Part shown: piece after piece, positions 60,734 through 64,000 of the stretch
Layout: each line of letters opens with the position of its first letter
How positions within the stretch are numbered: the stretch's first letter is position 1
Source: Candidatus Limnocylindrales bacterium
GTDB lineage: Bacteria > Chloroflexota > Limnocylindria > Limnocylindrales > CSP1-4
Length of the DNA stretch: 64,000 nucleotides
Direction: 5' to 3'
Assembly (NCBI GenBank): GCA_036003325.1
Contig: DASYSM010000025.1
Location: forward strand, 2,633 to 66,632
The notes under the pieces: generated by a model
What the model saw: only the letters and a program-made list of their open reading frames with translations
Databases searched by the model: none
What the model was told of the DNA's origin: nothing
Translations under genes and position numbers: made by a program

Positions 60734-62070
60734 GATGCGATGCCGACGCCAGCCTCGACGTCGGTGAGCGCGGCGTCGAGGATCCCGACGATCTCAGCCA
60801 GGTCCTCCCGGGTCGACACGAGCGGCGGGCCGAGGGCAACGAACCACGCCGATGCCCGGACGAGCAGGCCGCGCGCCCGCGCCTGGGCCGCCACGGCGCC
60901 GCCGAAACCGTGGACGCCATGGCTGCCTGCCTGGGCCTCGTCGGTGAAGACGATGCCCTGGAGCAGACCCCGGCCGCGGATCAGCCGGATGCTCGGGTGA
61001 CGGCCATGCAGGTCGTCGAGCTGTCCTCGCAGGTAGATCCCGTTCTCGATCACCTGGCCGAGCACCCCGTGACGGACGATGTAGTCGATCGACGCAAGGG
61101 CCGCCGCGCAGGCGACAGGATTGCCACCGTAGGTGTGCCCCGCGAAGAACTGGATCATGTCCTCGGGCTCACCCCAGAATGGGGCGGCGACCTTGTCGGT
61201 CATGAGGACGATCGACAGCGGGCTGTAGCCCCCGGTCACGCCCTTCCCGCAACAGATGATGTCCGGCCAGGCACTCGAGTATTCGGCCGCGAACCATTTC
61301 CCCGTGCGACCGAACCCGGTGATGATCTCGTCGAAGATCAGCAGGATGCCGTAGTGATCGCATAGCTCGCGCAACCCGCGCATGTAGGAATCCGGCGGGA
61401 CCACGACACCGGCGGACATCATGATCGGCTCGGTGATGATCGCGGCCACACTGTCTGGTCCCTCGAACTCGATCGTCTGGCGGACCAGCTCGAGGTACAG
61501 CCTGGCCGCGTCGGCGTGATCGAACACGGGCGTCGGCGGGCTGTCCGGGTCGGGCGTGTGGAGGTGGACGAAGCCAGGCGCCATCGGTTCGAATGGGATC
61601 TTCCAGTTCGGCCAGCCGCTGGCCGCGAGAGCGTGACCCGTCCCACCGTGGTAGCCGCGATAGTGCGACAGGATCTTGTAGCGACCCGCCTGGCCCGTCT
61701 GCCGGTGGTACTGCCGGGCGAGCTTCATCGCCGACTCGGTGGCCTCGGAGCCACCAGACAGGAACTTCATGGTCGTGTATGGCGGCGGCGCGAACTCGAG
61801 GATACGATCGACGAGCGCCAGCGCCGTGGAGGTCGTGGCCATCGTCGGCGCCCCGAATGCGAGCTTGCCGAGCTGCGCAGTGACCGCCTCGATGATCTCG
61901 GGGTTAGCGTGACCCAGATTGGTGGTGAAGACGCCGGACAGCCCGTCGATGTATCGGCAGCCCGCGGTGTCGGTCACCCGGATGCCATCGCCGCGATCCA
62001 GGACAAGCGGATCTTCGACGAACGACTTCATCTGGTTGAAGTCCACCATGAGGTGTCGCGCGAGGGTCAT
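60730..62070 (-). CDS. class III aminotransferase
   Basis: The motifs GVFTTNLGHANPEI, SGGSEATESAMKLAR, LLIFDEIITGFGRTG and GKGVTGGYSP are present. Confidence 0.9.
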   Translation of the reverse strand: MTLARHLMVDFNQMKSFVEDPLVLDRGDGIRVTDTAGCRYIDGLSGVFTTNLGHANPEIIEAVTAQLGKLAFGAPTMATTSTALALVDRILEFAPPPYTTMKFLSGGSEATESAMKLARQYHRQTGQAGRYKILSHYRGYHGGTGHALAASGWPNWKIPFEPMAPGFVHLHTPDPDSPPTPVFDHADAARLYLELVRQTIEFEGPDSVAAIITEPIMMSAGVVVPPDSYMRGLRELCDHYGILLIFDEIITGFGRTGKWFAAEYSSAWPDIICCGKGVTGGYSPLSIVLMTDKVAAPFWGEPEDMIQFFAGHTYGGNPVACAAALASIDYIVRHGVLGQVIENGIYLRGQLDDLHGRHPSIRLIRGRGLLQGIVFTDEAQAGSHGVHGFGGAVAAQARARGLLVRASAWFVALGPPLVSTREDLAEIVGILDAALTDVEAGVGIAS

Positions 62071-62082
62071 TGGGCGACCTCA

Positions 62083-62188
62083 AAGATGATCAAGTATCGC
62101 TATCATGCGGTTCGATCATAGTCGATGCTTGCTGTCTCTGTGCGCAGGAAGTTCTGTCGCCTAGCCGATCATCTATCAACTAGTATCA
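62083..62188. promoter_or_regulatory. operator-like GATCA/ATCAT words (62083-62127) and GATCATCTATCAACTAGTATCA (62167-62188) in the aminotransferase/gntR divergent spacer
   Basis: The 157-bp spacer is AT-enriched. Its repeated words are AGATGATCAAGTATCG, CTATCATG, TCGATCATAGTCGATG and GATCATCTATCA. Confidence 0.35.
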
Positions 62189-62227
62189 AGCGCGGCCCAT
62201 CGGTCGCGCCGCGACCTGCGCCCTCGA

Positions 62228-62983
62228 ATGGAGCAAGCGATGGCCCGAAGCGAAGACACGACCCAGCTCGATGCGGTGCTGACCGAGCCGGAAGATCGTC
62301 AGACACTCGCCGAGTCCATCACGGGTCGCCTTCGCCAGCTCATCCTCGATGGGCAGCTGCCCCCGGGCCAGGCCCTGCGACCGGCCGATCTGGCGCCCCG
62401 TCTCGGGGTATCGGTCATGCCGGTGCGAGAGGCGTTGCGCATCCTGGAGGCGGAGGGCCTCGTCACGTTCCGGCCAAGGATCGGTGCTCGCGTCGCGGAG
62501 ATCAAGGAAGAGGATGTCGAGGAGCTGTATGTCGTCCGCGTGGCTCTCGAGGGCCTGGCTGCGCGACTCGGGGCGGCCAACCTGACCGACGCTGGCCTGG
62601 CCGAGCTGCACGATGCGTTCGACAAGATGACCGCTGCGCGCGCGCGGGACGACTTCGATACGTTCAGCCAGTACGACCGCGAGTTCCATCGACGTCAATA
62701 CGCCGCATCGGGTCGGACCGGCCTGGTCAAGAGGATCCTCGACCTGTGGGACGTCGGGCGGCGGATCTATGCCATCTCGCCACGCACCCGGGAGTCCATG
62801 GATCCGGCCTACGAGGCGCACCGGGCGATCCTCGACGCGCTCGACCATCACGACGCGGAAGCTGCCGAGCAACGCACGCGGAAGCACACCGAAGAGGCCG
62901 CCCAGCGGATCCTGAAGGCGCTCGGCGAGCTGCACGGGCAGGACGACGCCGACGACCTGACCGACGGGCATCATCCGGCCTGA
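62228..62983 (+). CDS. GntR family transcriptional regulator (FadR/FCD subfamily)
   Basis: The wHTH reads LRPADLAPRLGVSVMPVREALRILEAEGLV. The FCD-like C-terminus contains FHRRQY and H..I..A. ATG 62240, which follows GGAG, may be the true start. Confidence 0.9.
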   Translation: MEQAMARSEDTTQLDAVLTEPEDRQTLAESITGRLRQLILDGQLPPGQALRPADLAPRLGVSVMPVREALRILEAEGLVTFRPRIGARVAEIKEEDVEELYVVRVALEGLAARLGAANLTDAGLAELHDAFDKMTAARARDDFDTFSQYDREFHRRQYAASGRTGLVKRILDLWDVGRRIYAISPRTRESMDPAYEAHRAILDALDHHDAEAAEQRTRKHTEEAAQRILKALGELHGQDDADDLTDGHHPA

Positions 62984-63026
62984 GCCCCTTCGACCCGCGA
63001 ACCCGCGGAACCCGAGCCGTGCGCGC

Positions 63027-64000
63027 ATGACCCGCGACGGCACCGGCCGCGCCATGCTCAGCCGGGTCGGCGTCGACGTCGGCGGGACATTCACCGATGT
63101 CGTCGTCACCGATGCCGACGGCGGGATGCGCACGGGCAAGGTGCCATCGACGCCCGAGGACTTCAGCACCGGCGTGTCCGGTGGTGTCCGCGACGTGCTC
63201 GAGACCCATGGGCTGGACCCGGCGACCGTCCGCAACGTCGTCCATGGGAGCACGGTTGCGACCAACGCGATCCTGGAACGCAAGGGCGCCCGGACCGGGC
63301 TGCTGACCACTGCCGGGTTCATCGACGTCCTCGAGCTCCGCCGCCTGCGCATGCCCAAGCTGTACGACCTGACCTGGGAGAAGCCGGCGCCGCTGGTCCC
63401 CCGGTTCCTGCGACGCGAGATACCCGAGCGTGTCGACATCGCCGGCGAAGTGGTGACACCGCTCGACCTCGATGCCGTCCGACGTTCGGTCGCGGATCTC
63501 GTCGCCGCGGGTGTCGAGTCGCTGGCGGTCTGCCTTCTCCACGCCTATGCAAACCCGTCGCACGAGAAGGCGATCGGCGCGATGATCGCAGCCGAGTTCC
63601 CCGATCTCTGGGTGTCGCTGTCGTCCCGCGTCCTGCCGGTCATCCGTGAATACGAGCGGACGAGCACGACCGTCCTGAACGCCTACGTCCAGCCGACCGT
63701 CGCCTCCTACCTGACGGCCCTGCGCGGGCAGCTCGACGACGCCAACATCCCCGGCCGGCTGCTGATCATGCAGTCGAACGGCGGGATCATGAGTGGCGCG
63801 GCGGCGTCCGAACGACCGGCGTACATCGTCGAATCCGGTCCGGCTGCCGGCGTCATCGCGTCGGCGGCCCTGGCGCGTCGGGAACATATCGACGAGGTCA
63901 TCACGTTCGACATGGGCGGCACCACCGCCAAGGCGTCGATCGTGGAGAACGGCCGCCCGCAGTTCACCGCCGAGTTCGAGGTGGCCGCCGGCATCTCCGC
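63027..64000 (+). CDS. hydantoinase/oxoprolinase family protein (HyuA-like), N-terminal part; runs off the window end
   Basis: The ORF has no stop before 64000. The motifs RVGVDVGGTFTDVV, HGSTVATNAILERKG and ITFDMGGTTAK are present. The start is ATG 63027 or ATG 63054 (MLSRVGVDVGG, the more typical N-terminus). This ORF is not in the track because it has no stop. Confidence 0.85.
   Translation, partial: MTRDGTGRAMLSRVGVDVGGTFTDVVVTDADGGMRTGKVPSTPEDFSTGVSGGVRDVLETHGLDPATVRNVVHGSTVATNAILERKGARTGLLTTAGFIDVLELRRLRMPKLYDLTWEKPAPLVPRFLRREIPERVDIAGEVVTPLDLDAVRRSVADLVAAGVESLAVCLLHAYANPSHEKAIGAMIAAEFPDLWVSLSSRVLPVIREYERTSTTVLNAYVQPTVASYLTALRGQLDDANIPGRLLIMQSNGGIMSGAAASERPAYIVESGPAAGVIASAALARREHIDEVITFDMGGTTAKASIVENGRPQFTAEFEVAAGIS

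Noticed and set aside
62104-62125. T-loop-like GGTTCGATC word, suggesting a tRNA in the aminotransferase/gntR spacer.
   Set aside because: No acceptor stem, anticodon arm or D-arm can be folded around it, and the T-loop consensus GGTTCGAATCC is not met. The spacer is better explained as a promoter/operator region.
53236-64000. Assigning the island to creatinine / N-methylhydantoin degradation because a creatininase-family gene and a HyuA-type hydantoinase are both present.
   Set aside because: Family membership alone does not fix the substrate. No creatinase, sarcosine oxidase, creatinine deaminase or carbamoylsarcosine amidase is visible, and the two genes are in different operons. I kept only the generic 'cyclic amide' inference.
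1-64000. Mobile genetic element, prophage, genomic-island boundaries, or a defence system (RM, TA, Abi, CBASS-like).
   Set aside because: I saw no integrase, transposase, recombinase, tRNA attachment site, phage structural gene, nuclease-methylase pair or toxin-antitoxin-like pair of small ORFs. Composition looks uniform by eye. The PLD-family protein has a membrane anchor and cardiolipin-synthase-like organisation rather than a nuclease context.

Overview
This is a very G+C-rich bacterial chromosomal segment in which third codon positions are almost all G or C. Many genes start with GTG or TTG, and there are many long off-frame shadow ORFs. The gene content (MMPL, SHOCT, OsmC, Ser/Thr kinase) fits an actinobacterium-like or related high-GC Gram-positive-type lineage. 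I cannot place it more precisely from sequence alone.

I can support about 62 protein-coding genes. I found no rRNA or tRNA genes, no transposase, integrase or phage genes, and no cas genes.

Functional blocks from left to right:
- **1-5.3 kb:** envelope and lipid genes (NPP-like phosphodiesterase fragment, FGE, PLD/cardiolipin-synthase-like, DUF6325-like plus SHOCT pair).
- **5.4-18 kb:** a tandem-fused AI-2E transporter, a MarR-RND exporter pair and a TetR-MMPL exporter pair, with CAP-domain, OsmC and phosphotriesterase-like genes between them.
- **22.8-25.9 kb:** a tight six-gene sulfide/persulfide-handling operon (ArsR-DsrE-TusA-DsrE-TusA-SQR).
- **26-35 kb:** an aminotransferase and CoA-transferase cluster, a membrane GAF-GAF-GGDEF cyclase and an aldehyde dehydrogenase.
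- **36.3-37.1 kb:** fabI.
- **37.8-40.2 kb:** a metal block (Fur-family regulator divergent from a NiCoT-like transporter, plus an orphan FTR1 permease).
- **40.3-45.9 kb:** a duplicated ABC-2 exporter and a receptor Ser/Thr kinase.
- **45.9-64 kb:** a large catabolic island. It holds 2-oxoacid dehydrogenase E1 alpha/beta translationally coupled to an enolase-superfamily enzyme, a stand-alone lipoyl-carrier domain, a Dpp-type ABC importer with two hydrolases inserted in the operon, a HisD paralogue, a cupin, a second enolase-superfamily enzyme, an aminotransferase, GntR and the start of a hydantoinase.

The most unusual structure not explained by genes is the 730-bp convergent spacer between fabI and the Fur-family gene (37058-37790). 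It is built almost entirely of repeats. Its core is seven copies of the palindrome GGTGACC-N3-GGTCACC, phased every 62-63 bp, with the flank orientation switching in the middle.

All family calls come from motif recognition by eye. No searches were run.
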